DNA of 64,000 bases from Octopus vulgaris. Lineage: Eukaryota. The stretch is from positions 98,022,001 through 98,086,000 of the forward strand of contig OX597817.1 in NCBI GenBank assembly GCA_951406725.2, read 5' to 3'. The translations under genes were made by a program, and so were the position numbers. Below are positions 24,088 to 37,754 of the stretch, piece by piece; within the stretch, counting starts at the first letter, position 1, and the number at the start of each line of letters is the position of its first letter. Under the pieces are notes generated by a model. That model was not told where the DNA came from and did not search any database. It saw nothing but the letters and a program-made list of their open reading frames with translations.

Positions 24088-24249
<162 letters not shown>

Positions 24250-24700
24250 TTTTTTCTCTCCTTGTTTCTTTCTTTGTATCTTTCTGTTGAAGAGCGTAGG
24301 CTCAAAACATAAAAGACTTTTTCTATTCCTGAGCGTTATACTAATACATTTGTTTGTTTGTACTCCACCTGCCTTCATCTTTTGTCTATTTTCGTAAAAT
24401 TTCCCTTCATATATATATATATATATACATATATGTATATATGTATGTATATATATATATTATATATGTATTATATGTATATATATATATATATTATATG
24501 TATATATATATATAACCATTAATCCCTACACATTTCTTTTCCATTGTCTTTCCTTTTTTTGCCTCACAACCCTTCCTGTTGAAGAGCATAGGCTCAAAAG
24601 GTCAAAGATTCTTTTCCATTCTTCCCAAGTGTCGAACTAATACACCTGCTTGTTGTTCCTTCCACCTGTCCTTGCCTTTTGTTTTCTGTAAATTCGAACT
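24250..24700 (+). repeat. Two copies of a short PLE-tail-like repeat with a variant hammerhead core (related copies at about 20040-20152 + and 48288-48460 -)
   Basis: CTGTTGAAGAGCRTAGGCTC(G/A)AAA...CTAATAC...TCCACCTG.CTT..CTTTTGT is shared among the copies. Confidence 0.65.
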
Positions 24701-24705
24701 GTGTG

Positions 24706-24763
<58 letters not shown>

Positions 24764-24822
24764 TTGCATTGTAAGACTTGAACAAGTAGAATAACACTTG
24801 ATCAGCTAAGAGAGTAACAAAG

Positions 24823-26144
<1,322 letters not shown>

Positions 26145-26459
26145 TTATTTCTATACATGTGTATATGCATGTATCTGCATGTATCTATTCAGCGTGTAAG
26201 TTGTGGCCGTGTCGGACCACTTGTAAGCATGACTAACAATGTTATACATATATATATATATATATATACTAAGTAATTAAGGGTTTAGCAACAAATTGCC
26301 TCACCAACACACCGAATTTAGAAATAGCAGTCAAAGAGATATAGCTATTCCTTCTACTAAAAGGGGGATCTCAGTAAAAACACAGCACTTAAAAGGCAAA
26401 CACAGACAGGTAAGAAAGAAAGAATGAAATGACGCAATCCATCATGCAATTTTAAGTTA

Positions 26460-26551
26460 CCTACGGACGTACGTTTCGAGATCAAGTTTTAGGATATCAT
26501 AAGAATTAGAAAATTCTACTTTACCCAGACTTCTTCTCTCATCGGCGCAGG
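26460..26551 (-). ncRNA. Type I hammerhead ribozyme-like motif (core variant CCGATGA)
   Basis: Minus strand reads CCTGCG-CCGATGA-GAGA...TCTC-GAAA-CGTAC-GTC-CGTAGG. Stem I is CCTGCG/CGTAGG and stem III is the palindrome ACGTACGT. Confidence 0.65.
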
Positions 26552-26712
26552 ATACTACAATTGTGAATAATTGTATATTAAATTTTGAGATACTAGAATG
26601 CGTCATCTCAACTCAGTGTCAGAGCGAGCCAAAGCATGACCAGTACCACGAAATTCAAAGTTTGAATGAAAGTTTGTGTCACCAGCCCCCTTCCACCCGC
26701 GTGTAGCCAAGA

Positions 26713-26765
<53 letters not shown>

Positions 26766-26948
26766 ATTTCTATACATGTGTATATGCATGTATCTGCATG
26801 TATCTATTCAGCGTGTAAGTTGTGGCCGTGTCGGACCACTTGTAAGCATGACTAACAATGTTATGATGACACTTAACGGCATGCAGCGCAAACACCATCA
26901 CCAAACATAATGATACTGCCTACAACGACAATATATTTATGTGTGTCT

Positions 26949-26987
<39 letters not shown>

Positions 26988-27177
26988 ATTGTTTTTGGTG
27001 TCTAACAATCAGTCTCTCCATCATGTAATTGCTACAGTTTCAACTTGCAATCTCGATTCAAATCATTTGCCGACACAAGAACAATTCAAATACATACACA
27101 CTCACATGCACAGACACATGCATACATACATATTTATATATATATACATATACTTATACATATATATGTATATGTAT

Positions 27178-27217
<40 letters not shown>

Positions 27218-27586
27218 CTAAACACAGATATATATATATACATGCATATTTATATGCACATATATAATATATACATATATATATACATATATATATGTAT
27301 GTATATATATATATATATATATATGAGTATGTGTGTGTGTACCCTCATACATATATTATATATGTGTGTGTATATATATATGGGTGTGTATGTAAATATA
27401 TGTGTATATGAGTACATATATATATATATATATATATGTACAAATACACACTCACACACATATATATATATACATATATATGTATATGAGTACGTATACA
27501 TATATATATATTTGTATATATGTGTACATATATATGCATACAAACATACATACATACAAATATATATATAATTGTATATACATGTA

Positions 27587-27935
27587 CATCATCATCATCA
27601 TCATCATCGTTTAGCGTCCGCTTTCCATGCTGGCATGGGTTGGACGGTTCAACTGGGGTCTGGCAAGCCCGAAGGCTGCACCAGGCCAGTCAGATCTGGC
27701 AGTGTTTCTACGGCTGGATGCCCTTCCTAACGCCAACCACTCCGAGAGTGTAGTGGGTGATTTTATGTGCCACCGACACAGGTGCCAGACGAGGCTGGCA
27801 GACGGTCACGCTCGGATGGTGTTTTTTATGTGCCACCGACACAGGTGCCAGACAAGGCTGGCAGACGGCCACGCTCGGATGGTGTTTTCGGTGTTTTCTT
27901 ATGTGCCACCGACACGGGTGCCAGATGAGGCTGGC
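27587..27935 (-). mobile_element. RTE 3' end with (GAT)n tail
   Basis: Same 3' UTR as the other RTE copies, with ~63-bp internal repeats. Confidence 0.85.
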
Positions 27936-27999
27936 GATATATATACATAAATGTATACACACACGTACGCATGCATAAATTACATATTCGTGCATGTGT

Positions 28000-28546
28000 C
28001 AAATCAAAATCAAATCATATATCCGTGTCCGCTGCCAGCCTCGTCTGGCACCCGTGTCGATGATACGTAAAAGCACCATTCGCTCGTGGCCGTTTGCTAG
28101 CTCTGTCTGGCCCCGTGCCGGTGACACGTAAAAGCACCATCCGCTCGTGTTCGTTGCCAGCCTCGGCTGGCCCCCGTGCCGGTGACACGTAAAAGCACCG
28201 TCCGTTCGTGGCCGTTTGCCAGCTCTGTCTGGCCCCGTGTCGGTGACACGTAAAAGCACCATCCACTCGTGTTCGTTGCCAGCCTCAGCTGGCCCCGTGC
28301 CGGTGACACGTAAAAGCACCATCTGTTCGTGGCCGTTGTGCCAGCTCTGTCTGGCACCTGTGCAGGTGGCACGTAAAAAACACCCACTACACTCGCGGAG
28401 TGGTTGGCGTTAGGAAGGGCATCCAGCCGTAGAATCACTGCCAAATCTGACTGGGCCTGATGAAGCCTTCCGGCTTCACAGACCCCAGTTAAACCGTCCA
28501 ACCCATGCTAGCATGGAAAACGGACGCTAAATGATGATGATGATGA
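28000..28546 (+). mobile_element. RTE 3' UTR with ~6 tandem ~59-bp units and (GAT)n tail
   Basis: GGTGACACGTAAAAGCACC is repeated. Ends CCCATGCTAGCATGGAAAACGGACGCTAAATGATGATG. Confidence 0.85.
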
Positions 28547-28730
28547 TATGTAGCAATTTGTAGATTTGTTTCCTTCCTTCTTTTGCACAAGAAATGTTGT
28601 TACTTTGCCACAGGCAGCCAGAAACTCAAATACTAATGATCTATATCTTTCCACCAAACTATCTACTGACCACTACACACACGTGTATACATACATACAC
28701 ACACACACACACACATACATACATATAGCT

Positions 28731-30111
28731 AGGTTTAGAATCAAATGGCCTTAGAGTCAATGTAGCAAAGACCAAAGTTATAGTAAATAGGAAGGTGAAC
28801 TCATCACACACACCCTCAGATAGGTGGCCCTGCTTGATCTGAAGAAAAGATGTAGGTAGAAACTCCATAAGGTATACCTTGTGTAAGCTATGGATGCATA
28901 AGAGGTGCAGCAAAATTAACCGAGAAGATAGCTTTCGTGTGCGGCAGATGCACAGGAGTAATAGACACCACAGACACTCAGAAAACAGATTCCATCACAC
29001 TACAGCGGGAGAAACTAGAAGTAGTTGATAGCTTCCACTACCTAGGTGACCAAGTTAGTAGCAGAGGTGGATGCTCAAAGAGTGTCACCACTAAAGAATA
29101 ACCTAGGCAAAGTTTAGAAAGCTTCCACCCCTACTGGTGACAAAGGGTCTCTCGCTCAGAGTGAAAGGTAGATAGTACAACACATGTGTGCGAACTGCCA
29201 TGCTTCACGGCAGTGAAACACGGGCTGTGATTGCAGAGGACATGCGTAGGCTTGAAAGAAATGAAGCTAGCATGATCTGCTGGATGTGTAATGTTAGTGT
29301 GCATACACGACAGAGTGTAAGTGCCCTGAGAGATAAGAATCCTCATGTCCTTATGCTGGACATAAGAAGCATCCGATGTGGCGTGCAAGAGAGACATTTG
29401 CACTGGTATAGTTATGTACTATGGATGGATGAGGAGAGATGTGTGAAGAAGTTCCACTCCCAAACAGTTGAAGGAATCTGGGGCAGAGGTAGACCCAGGA
29501 AGACATGGGATGAGGTGGTCAAGCATGACCTTAGAATGCTGGGCTTCACAGAAGTAATAACGAAAGACCTAGACCTCTGGAGATATGCTGTGACTGCAAA
29601 GACCCAACAAATAACGTGAGTTCATGGCTGATTCCAGCACCAGCTTCACATAGCAGCTCCAGCCCATCCAAAGTACCTTGGATTGGAGGATGGCCTGCTG
29701 TGCTTACCTTGGATCGTGGGGTGACCTGTTGTGCTTGAGGAGACCTATTGAGTCAAGTACATCAACATCAAAATCAAAATCAAATGGAAATTGCAGTTGT
29801 GATACCCATGCCGGAGGCACGTAAAAAGCACCATACGAACGTGGCCAATGCCAACTTTGCCTAGACTGGCATGTAAAAAGTACCAACCGATCATGGCCGT
29901 TGCCAGCCTTCCCTGGCCCCTGTGTCAGTGGCATGTAAAAAGCACCCACTACACTCAAGGAGTGGTTGGTGTTAGGAAGGGCATCCAGCTGTAGAAACAC
30001 TGCCAGATCAGACTGGAGCCTGATGCAGCCTCTAGGCTTTCCAGACCCCGGTTAAACCGTCCAACCCATGCTAGCATGGAAGACAGACGTTAAACGATGA
30101 TGATGATGATG
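28731..30111 (+). mobile_element. 5'-truncated RTE LINE (PHD-like finger, thumb, C-terminus, 3' UTR)
   Basis: ORF 29188-29619 contains MLHGSET..GRGRPRKTWDEVVKHDL..W. Ends in a (GAT)n tail. Confidence 0.9.
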
Positions 30112-30124
30112 ATATATATGTATA

Positions 30125-30362
30125 CAGGGTTAGCCAAAAGTCACCCAACAGTAAATCGAAACTCCATAAATACTTAATAGTCAATTTTATTTATTTATTC
30201 CAATTATGAATGTTTAATAATTGAATGCTGTGAGTTAAAATCACCATTTTTTTTTCAACATTTGTCTATTCATTAGCAAAGTCTCATATAAAATAATTTT
30301 TTGTTTTAATCTTGGAATTAAATGGTTTTGATTTACTGTCAGGTGACTTTTGGCAAACCTTG
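30125..30362. mobile_element. Tc1/mariner-type MITE (238 bp)
   Basis: ~33-bp imperfect TIRs CAGGGTTAGCCAAAAGTCACC..ACAGTAAATC and GATTTACTGT..GGTGACTTTTGGCAAACCTTG, with TA on both sides. Confidence 0.85.
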
Positions 30363-30889
30363 TATATAGATATATAGATATTTACAATTCTGTAAGTATT
30401 TATATAAATATATATCTCTTTTTTGTCTATATATACATATATCCATGTAACGTTATGTATCAATGTATATGTATGTGCATGTATGTGTGTATGTATGTGT
30501 AAATATATGATTATTTTTCAATTGCCTTATGTTTATAGTTTTTTGATGTCTTCACTAATAATAATTATTCATAACCACAGTAATTGTATTTATATAGACA
30601 ATTCCACCACCTTGACTATAATGGTAATTCATATTCAAAAAATTATTTAGATACTAATAATGTTTATGCAATATTTAGGTATAGAAATACTTTTTAGTGT
30701 ATCTACCTGTATAATAACTATAATTATGTATTTTAAAGAATATTTAATGAATGCATATTGTCTTTCAATATACTTACCTTATATGATTTAATCTATCCTA
30801 ATCTACAATACTAGATTATATTAATCTTATCCTACATTATAACCTATTTGCTATTTACTTACATATTCGAACCTTTAATCTTTTACTGA

Positions 30890-31063
30890 ATATACAGATA
30901 AGGAAATAATTTATTCTTAAACACAGAAACGCTGACACAACAGCATAGACAGCAGAAAATATCCATATAAATTATTCCACTTTATATGGACATTTTATCC
31001 GGCCTCTGCTGTTCTATCAGTGCTTGTGTGTTTGAGAATAAATTATTTCCTTATCTGTATTTT
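30890..31063. repeat. ~175-bp imperfect hairpin (foldback)
   Basis: Outer arms ATACAGATAAGGAAATAATTTATTCT and AGAATAAATTATTTCCTTATCTGTAT; inner arms TCCATATAAA and TTTATATGGA; loop about 10 nt. Confidence 0.8.
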
Positions 31064-31562
31064 ACAATACATCTCAATGCTTCTAAAAGCAAACCTTAGT
31101 TTATTTACATTTATCATACTTTAATTTAATGTTTTTCATGTTCATATCAAACCCTATATTTTATAAATTCTGTCTCAATAAATATATGAATTTCCTCTCT
31201 TTATACCAAGACTATCTAATAATTATTTCTTGAAATCTTTATGGATCTCTTTTCACATCTTGGAAGACTGTTTCATTGCTTTATGTTGATTTTGTTCTCG
31301 TTGTCTTCCATATTGTCTATGAATTTAAAAAAAAATATACACTTATGTCTTCAAATTTCTAATTTAAAAAAAAATTTAATATTGTTCATATTTTCTTGTT
31401 GATATCAATCCCTATATTTCATAAATATTGTCTCTAAATACTTTCATTTAGTTTTAGTTTATTATTATTATTATTAAGACAGCAAGCTGGCAGAATCAAT
31501 AGTATGGACAAAATGCTTAGTGGTATTTTGCCCATTACTACATTCTGAGTTCCTATAACATT

Positions 31563-34500
31563 CATCATCATCATCATTTAACGTCCACTTTTCATGCTGG
31601 CATAGGTTGGATGGTTTGACTGAGGACTGGCAAGCCAGAAGGCTGCACCAGGCTCCAATCTGATCTGGCAAAGTTTCTACAGCTGGATGCCCTTCCTAAT
31701 GCCAACCACTCAGAGAGTGTAGTGAGTGCTTTAACATGCCACTGGCACAAGGGCCAGTCAGGTGGTACTGGCAATGACCATGCTCAAAAGGTGTTTTTTA
31801 CATGCCACTTGCATGGGAGCCAGTCCAGCAGCAACAACAACAACCACACTCAAATGTTGTTTTTCACGTGCCACCGGCACATGTGCCAGTGAGGCGACCC
31901 TGGCAACGATCACGCTCGGATGGTGCTTTTAAGATTCCACTGGCACGAGTACCAATAAGGCGGTACTGTCATTGGCCACATCAGCGACTTTGATTTCACT
32001 TGCCTCAACAGGTCTTTGCAAGCAGAGTTTAGTGTCCGATGAAGTTTAAAGGTACACATAAGTGGACTGGTTACACCCATGGCATAGGCCACGAGGTTAT
32101 GGTCTCACTTGGCTTGCTGGGTCTTCTCAAGCACAGAATATTTCCAAACATCTCAGTCACTAGTCATTGCCTTCGTGAGGCCTAATGTTCGAAGGTCATG
32201 CTTCACCAGCTCATCCCAGGTCCTCCTGGGTCTACCTCTTCCACAGGTTCCCCCAGCTGCTAGGGTGTGACACTTTTACACACAGCTGACCCCATTCATT
32301 TGAAACACATGACCATACCAGTGCAGTTGTCTCTCTTGCACACCACATCTGATGCTTCGTAAGTCCAACTTTTCTCTCAGGGTGCTTACACTCTGTTGTG
32401 TATGCACACTGACATTACACATCCATTGGAGCATACTGGCTTCATTTCTTGCGAGCTTACACATGTCCTCAGCAGTCACGGCCCATGTTTCGCTGCCATG
32501 TAGCATAGCTGTTCGTACACATAATGCGTCAAACAGTTTACCTTTTACTCTGAGCAGGAGGCCCTTTGTCACCAGCAGATGTAGACGCTCTCTGAACTTT
32601 GCCCAGGCTATTCTTATTCTAGCAGCTACACTTTCAGAGCATCCACCCCCCGCTACTGACTTGGTAACAGAAGCTATCAACTACTTGTAGTTTTTCTCCC
32701 TGGAATGTGACAGAAACTGTTCTCTGCACATTTTCAGTGTTTATTGCTCCTGAGCATCTGCCACATACAAAACTATCTTCCCAGTTAGCCTTCCTTTGAT
32801 ATTGCTTCACCTCTTATGTGTCCATAGCTTACACTGGGTACATCTTATGGAGTTTCTACCTATGCCTTTTCTACAGATTGAGCAGGGCGATCTACCTGAA
32901 GGGATTTGTGGTTTGTCTGCCTTCCAACTTATTAAGACTTTGGTTTTAGCTAGGTTGATTTTTAAAGCCCTTCGATTCTAATCCTTGCTTCCACACCTGA
33001 AACTTTTCCTCTAGTTCTGATAGTGACTCAGCAATTAGAGCAAGGTCATCAGCATAGAGGATCTCCCAGGGGCATCCTGTTATTGCCTGGAGGACTATGA
33101 TGAATAAGAGAGGGCTGAGGACTGATCCTTGGTGGACCCCTACCACTACCTGGAATTCTTCACTGTATTCCAGTTCTATATTTAATAGATGAGGAATTAT
33201 GTACATTATTTACATTTGACAGATATTTGTCCTCAGCTTGTTTATCGTTAACACGTTTCGGCTGATATACCCTCCAGCCTTCATCGGGTGTCTTGGAGAA
33301 ATTTTGAACCTGGGTTCTCATTCCTAAGGTATTTTTCGATGTTATTATTATTCAGGTCACAGTCTGAAATCGAACTCGGAATCTTGGGGTTAGTAGCTCA
33401 CATTCTTAACCACTACGCCATATGCCCTGGACATATCAGCTAAAACATGTTAACAACAAACAAGATGAGGACAAATATCCATCAAATGTAAATAACGTAC
33501 ATAATGTTCACTGACATTACCTTACTGACAGCATCCCTGTACATGGCTTGCACAGCTCTCACTAACCATTCATCTATTCCTAGTTTCCTCATTGACCACC
33601 AGATAAGGGATTGGGGGACCCTGTCAAAGGCTTTCTTCATGTCAACAAAAGCCAGGTACAGAGGTTTATCTTCGGCTAGGTATTTCTCTTGCAGCTGTCT
33701 TACCAGAAATATAGCACCAGTGGTGCTTTTCCCTGGCACAAACCCAAACTGCATCTCATCTAAACTGACTCTCTCCCTAATTAGTTGGATTATGACCCTC
33801 TCCGTGACCTTCATTACCTGATCCAACAACTTGATACTTCTGTAATTATTTGTATCTAAAGCGTCACCTTTACCTTGGTGTATGCTACACCAGTCATTGG
33901 ATATGACTCCTTCATGTATCACCTGGTTGACTATACGGGTGACTAGACTATAGCCGACACCACCAGATATATTGAGCATCTTTGCGGTGATTCCTGATGG
34001 ACTGGGGGCTTTCCCTGTCTTCATACCCTTAATTGCTTTATCTACCAAGATACTGTCAATTCAGATAGCTGGTCCCTCTGTTGGGTCAGCATTCAGCAGA
34101 CTTTCTTTCTCCCATTCATTCTCTTTATTTAGCAACCTTTCATAGTGGCATCTCCAAACCTCTCTCTTTGCAGCCTCCTTTAATGCAAGTGAACCATCAT
34201 CCATGCAGACACATTTCTCTCCTATGACATCACAATTCTCTCACACACTGCCTTGCAACATGAAATACCTCAAGTCTTTGGTCCTCACAGCACAGAACAT
34301 TGCCAAATTTTTCTTATCTTCTTCCCCTCTGGCTAAATAAACCTGTCTCCTAGCTTCCCTTCTGGCAGTCTGATACAATTCCTGCTACCACCATTCTTCC
34401 AGTCCTTCCAAACCTGTTTCTTTTCCCTAATGGCCCTATAAACAACATTGTTCCACCACCACATTACCTCAGGTCAAGAGATCTGGTCCACAGAGATCCA

Positions 34501-34640
34501 CAGATCTGGTCAGTAGCCCTCAAAAGGTTGTCCTGTAGAAACTTCCAGTTGTCTTCCAAATAATGTCTCTAAATCTCTGTCCATTTGCAGGATGTTTAAA
34601 CTTCCAGACCCTTCTCCTCCATGTTGGTCGTCCACTGGGC
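31563..34640 (-). mobile_element. RTE LINE (about 3 kb, degraded), interrupted by a hammerhead-SINE at 33171-33505
   Basis: ORFs 33482-34048 (NYRSIKLL, QFGF, DMKKAFD), 32946-33206 (QGSVLSP, YADD) and 32276-32680. (GAT)n tail. Confidence 0.92.
33171..33505 (-). mobile_element. tRNA-headed SINE with hammerhead core, plus a short inverted copy of its own tail (33431-33505)
   Basis: Minus strand: A box TGGCGTAGTGG, B box GTTCGATTT, then CCGATGA-A-GGCTG..CAGCC-GAAA. Inserted in the RT of an RTE copy. Confidence 0.8.
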
Positions 34641-34699
34641 ATGTTGGGAATTTAGTATTTAACAAAGACTTTCTTTCACCTGAGGATATAGCTTAAATT

Positions 34700-36160
34700 C
34701 TATATTAGCAGGCATCCATCGGTCTTGAGAGACCATGAATCTGCACCCAAAGAAATCACATCAGCTGCTGATGGCAGTGCAGTGCCTCCTGTGGCTGTAG
34801 AGGCCCATACAGGAGTGGCAGTCATGCATGCAGCGACTGCATTTGAAGGAGCTCTCTGCCAGCGCTACTGGTTTTTCCTTCCATCGAATGCACTTTTCTT
34901 TGGTGGGGAGTTCTTGTTTTTCTTTCCCTTGCTTCATCCCCTTTTGTAGTATTTGTCTCCAGCATGGGCAACCATTTGTGACCTCCTTCCATCTCGAGAT
35001 GTCCTTGAAATGAAGTCATCCTTGTGCTCTTGTACCAGTGGCAAATTCCACATACAGGAGGTTTTTTTTGGATCCTCCTGTCCGGCATGCAATGTATATG
35101 ACTGAACCAGTGCAGATGGCACTGCTGGAGCAGAGTAAGTATACTTGGTATGTTGGTATGGTTGAGGACTTCAGTGCCGGTGATGTGGTCGGTCCACTTG
35201 ATATCCAAGATGTGTCTCAAATTAAGAAGGTAAAAGATGAGACACTGCACCTGTCTGGAGTAGAGGCTCCACATCTCACTGCCATAAAGTAGTGTACTAA
35301 GGATGCATGCCTTAAGACAGCAATCTTGATGTTTGCAGCTAGTTTTCTGTTTTCTCAGACTCTCTTTGTGAGCCTGGCAAATGTGAAGGATGCTTATCCG
35401 ATTCGCCTGCTGATCTCAGGGTGCAGGGGGAGGTCATCAGAGATGGTAGAGCTGAAGTAGGTGAATTCATAGACTACTTCCAGCTTGTAGTTGTTGATGG
35501 TGATGGAGTGCTCGACACCTTAGCCCAGTACTTTGGTCTTTTTCAGATTAATAGTTAGACTGAATAACTGACAGGCTTTTGAAACTTTGTCCATGAGGTG
35601 CTGCATTTGCTCTTCAGAGTGCACTGTCAGTGCTGCATCATCTGCAAACAGCATTTTTCTAATGAGTACCTGATGCACCCTGGATTTTACTTTCAGCCTC
35701 AACAGATGAAACAGTTTACCATCTGATCTGGTGTGAAAGGTGAACAACATCAGTTGATGTCCCAAATGCATGTTTCAGTATGACTGCAAAGAGGATACCA
35801 AACAGGGTTGGGGGAAAGCATACAGTCCTGCTTCATGACACTACATATTTTGAACGCCTCCAAAGAACAGCCATCAAATTAAATGATGCCTTTCATATCC
35901 ACATAAACAACTGGACAATGCTGAAGAGTCTTGGATGAAAATTTTGGCAAGGATTTTGAACGGGCTGATTCTACTGACTAGGTCAAAAGCCTTTGTGAGA
36001 TTGATGAAGGTGAAGAGTGGTTGCACTTCTCCTGTAGCTGTCAAAGAGAGGTCATGTTGATGGTGGAGCGTTCTGATCTGAAACTGCACTGAGATTTGGG
36101 GTATACCCTCTCAGTGATTTTCTGCAGTCTGTTTAGGACTACGCAGGCAAAGACCTTCCC
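34700..36160 (-). mobile_element. Degraded RTE-BovB-like LINE RT/3' half
   Basis: GKVFACVVLNRLQKITERVYPKSQC.FR, FINLTKAFDLVSR, MLFADDAAL..HSEE..Q and ILDIKW.DHIT..EVL motifs. 3' end ...GACCGATGGATGCCTGCTA. Confidence 0.85.
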
Positions 36161-37735
36161 AGAGAGATAGGTCTGTAGTTCTTGGCCTCCGCTCTGCTAC
36201 CTCCTTTATGAATAGGGCATATTTTACCTTCCTTCAGTTTTCTTGGAAGTTTGCCAGTTGCAAGGAAGCTCTGAAAGAGGAACTGCAGTGGTCTTGCTAG
36301 GACTCTCTTAGATACTTTTAGATGGATTGCTGGGAATCCATCTAGGCCAGTAGCTGAGTCTGTTTTCATTTCATCAATAGCCTTTATTACATCGTCTTCC
36401 TTTATATTGATGTAATCAATCATTGCTGCCTCCGATTTTATATCTGCAGTGGTAAAGAAGTCAGTTGGATTGCTGACTTGAAAATGCCCTAGAGGTGGCG
36501 TGAAAATACTCTTGAATTGCTCATTTAGTATTTCACTTATCCTCATTGGATTTCCTGTGAGTGTGCCATCCTTTTCAAGGAGTGGCCCTATCCTACAGTG
36601 CACCGTAGCTGTTTCTTTGGCATACCTGTAGAAAGCTCTGGGGTTAGATTTTATGTTGTCTATAGCCCAGGCTTCTTTGTCTGCTCTTTCTTTTTCATGG
36701 GAGAGTTGCAGACAATTTTCAATTTCCAACAGTTTTATTTTCAGGCGGGACTTTTCACTGCTTTCAATTTGTTTGTTTAGGCGATTTGAAACTTTTGTAT
36801 GCCGTCTCATTAGAATTTTCCTCTCTTTGGGGATTTTGCTCTTGTGTACAGTGGCCTTTCTCTCTGGGACACATTTGTAGCATATTGCTTGCATTACAGA
36901 CATGAATTGTTGAAGTTTCATGTCGATGTCTGGTGAGGATAGACATTCAGGCCAGTTTTGTTTGAGGATCTCTTTCTCAATTTGTTTCCAGTTTGCCTTA
37001 TGGAAGTTCAAGCTGAAAAGATTCAGAGTGTTTCTTGTAGGCTGCATGTCCATGCTTTCCTTTGGCCCGTACATGGTCAGCTCTACCATGTTGTGATCCG
37101 AGAGTAGTGTCGGTGTTACTTTCACATTATGGATAAGATCCATATTATTTGTGAAGCAGAGATCCAGTATGTTACCTGCCCTGGTTGGTTGGAGTATTAC
37201 TTGCTCCATGTACAGAGTGTTGATGAGGTTCAGAAGGGACCTCGCCTGTCCTCGTTCACATCGTGTCATTCCTGGGAGAGAAAGGCCCTCGGGCCATCTG
37301 ACATTGGGTAGATTGAAGTCTCCCATAAGAAGTACACTTATGTGTTGTTCTAATATGACTAGAACTTCTTCTATTTTTATAAGGCAGTCTTCATACTTGC
37401 CTACATGGCTTGGGGCATCTGGAGGGCGATATGTAGCACATATAACTACACCAAGTTGCCTTATATGTACAATTAGTGTGTCACACACCGAATTTGAGTA
37501 TGACAAAAGGACCTGGGGTGTGAGGTCCTCACAGATGTACATAGCAACTCCTCCATGACTCCTTTCTTTTCTGTCGGTCCGTAGTACAACATACTGTGGT
37601 ATGTGTATTTCCGCATCTGCTATCTCCGGTTTCAGGTGTGTTTCCGTAAGTGCTATGCATAGGGCTTGATTGCATGCAACAAAGTCTCTCAAGAACGGGA
37701 TTTTTGTCCTGTTACTGAGTGTTAGCAGTCCTCTG
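36139..37735 (-). mobile_element. CR1-group LINE ORF2 5' half (APE endonuclease to NYRPISL), 517 aa open
   Basis: LTETHL, R.DR..SHGGVA, YRPP, GDFNLP, PTRAGNILDL, SDH, NPRAFYRY, PIHKGG and NYRPISL motifs. Confidence 0.9.
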
Positions 37736-37754
37736 CTATATAGACATATAATGA

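Noticed and set aside
28020-28380. Regularly spaced repeats resembling a CRISPR array
   Set aside because: The whole ~59-bp unit repeats with no unique spacers. It is the RTE 3' UTR in a eukaryote with no cas genes.
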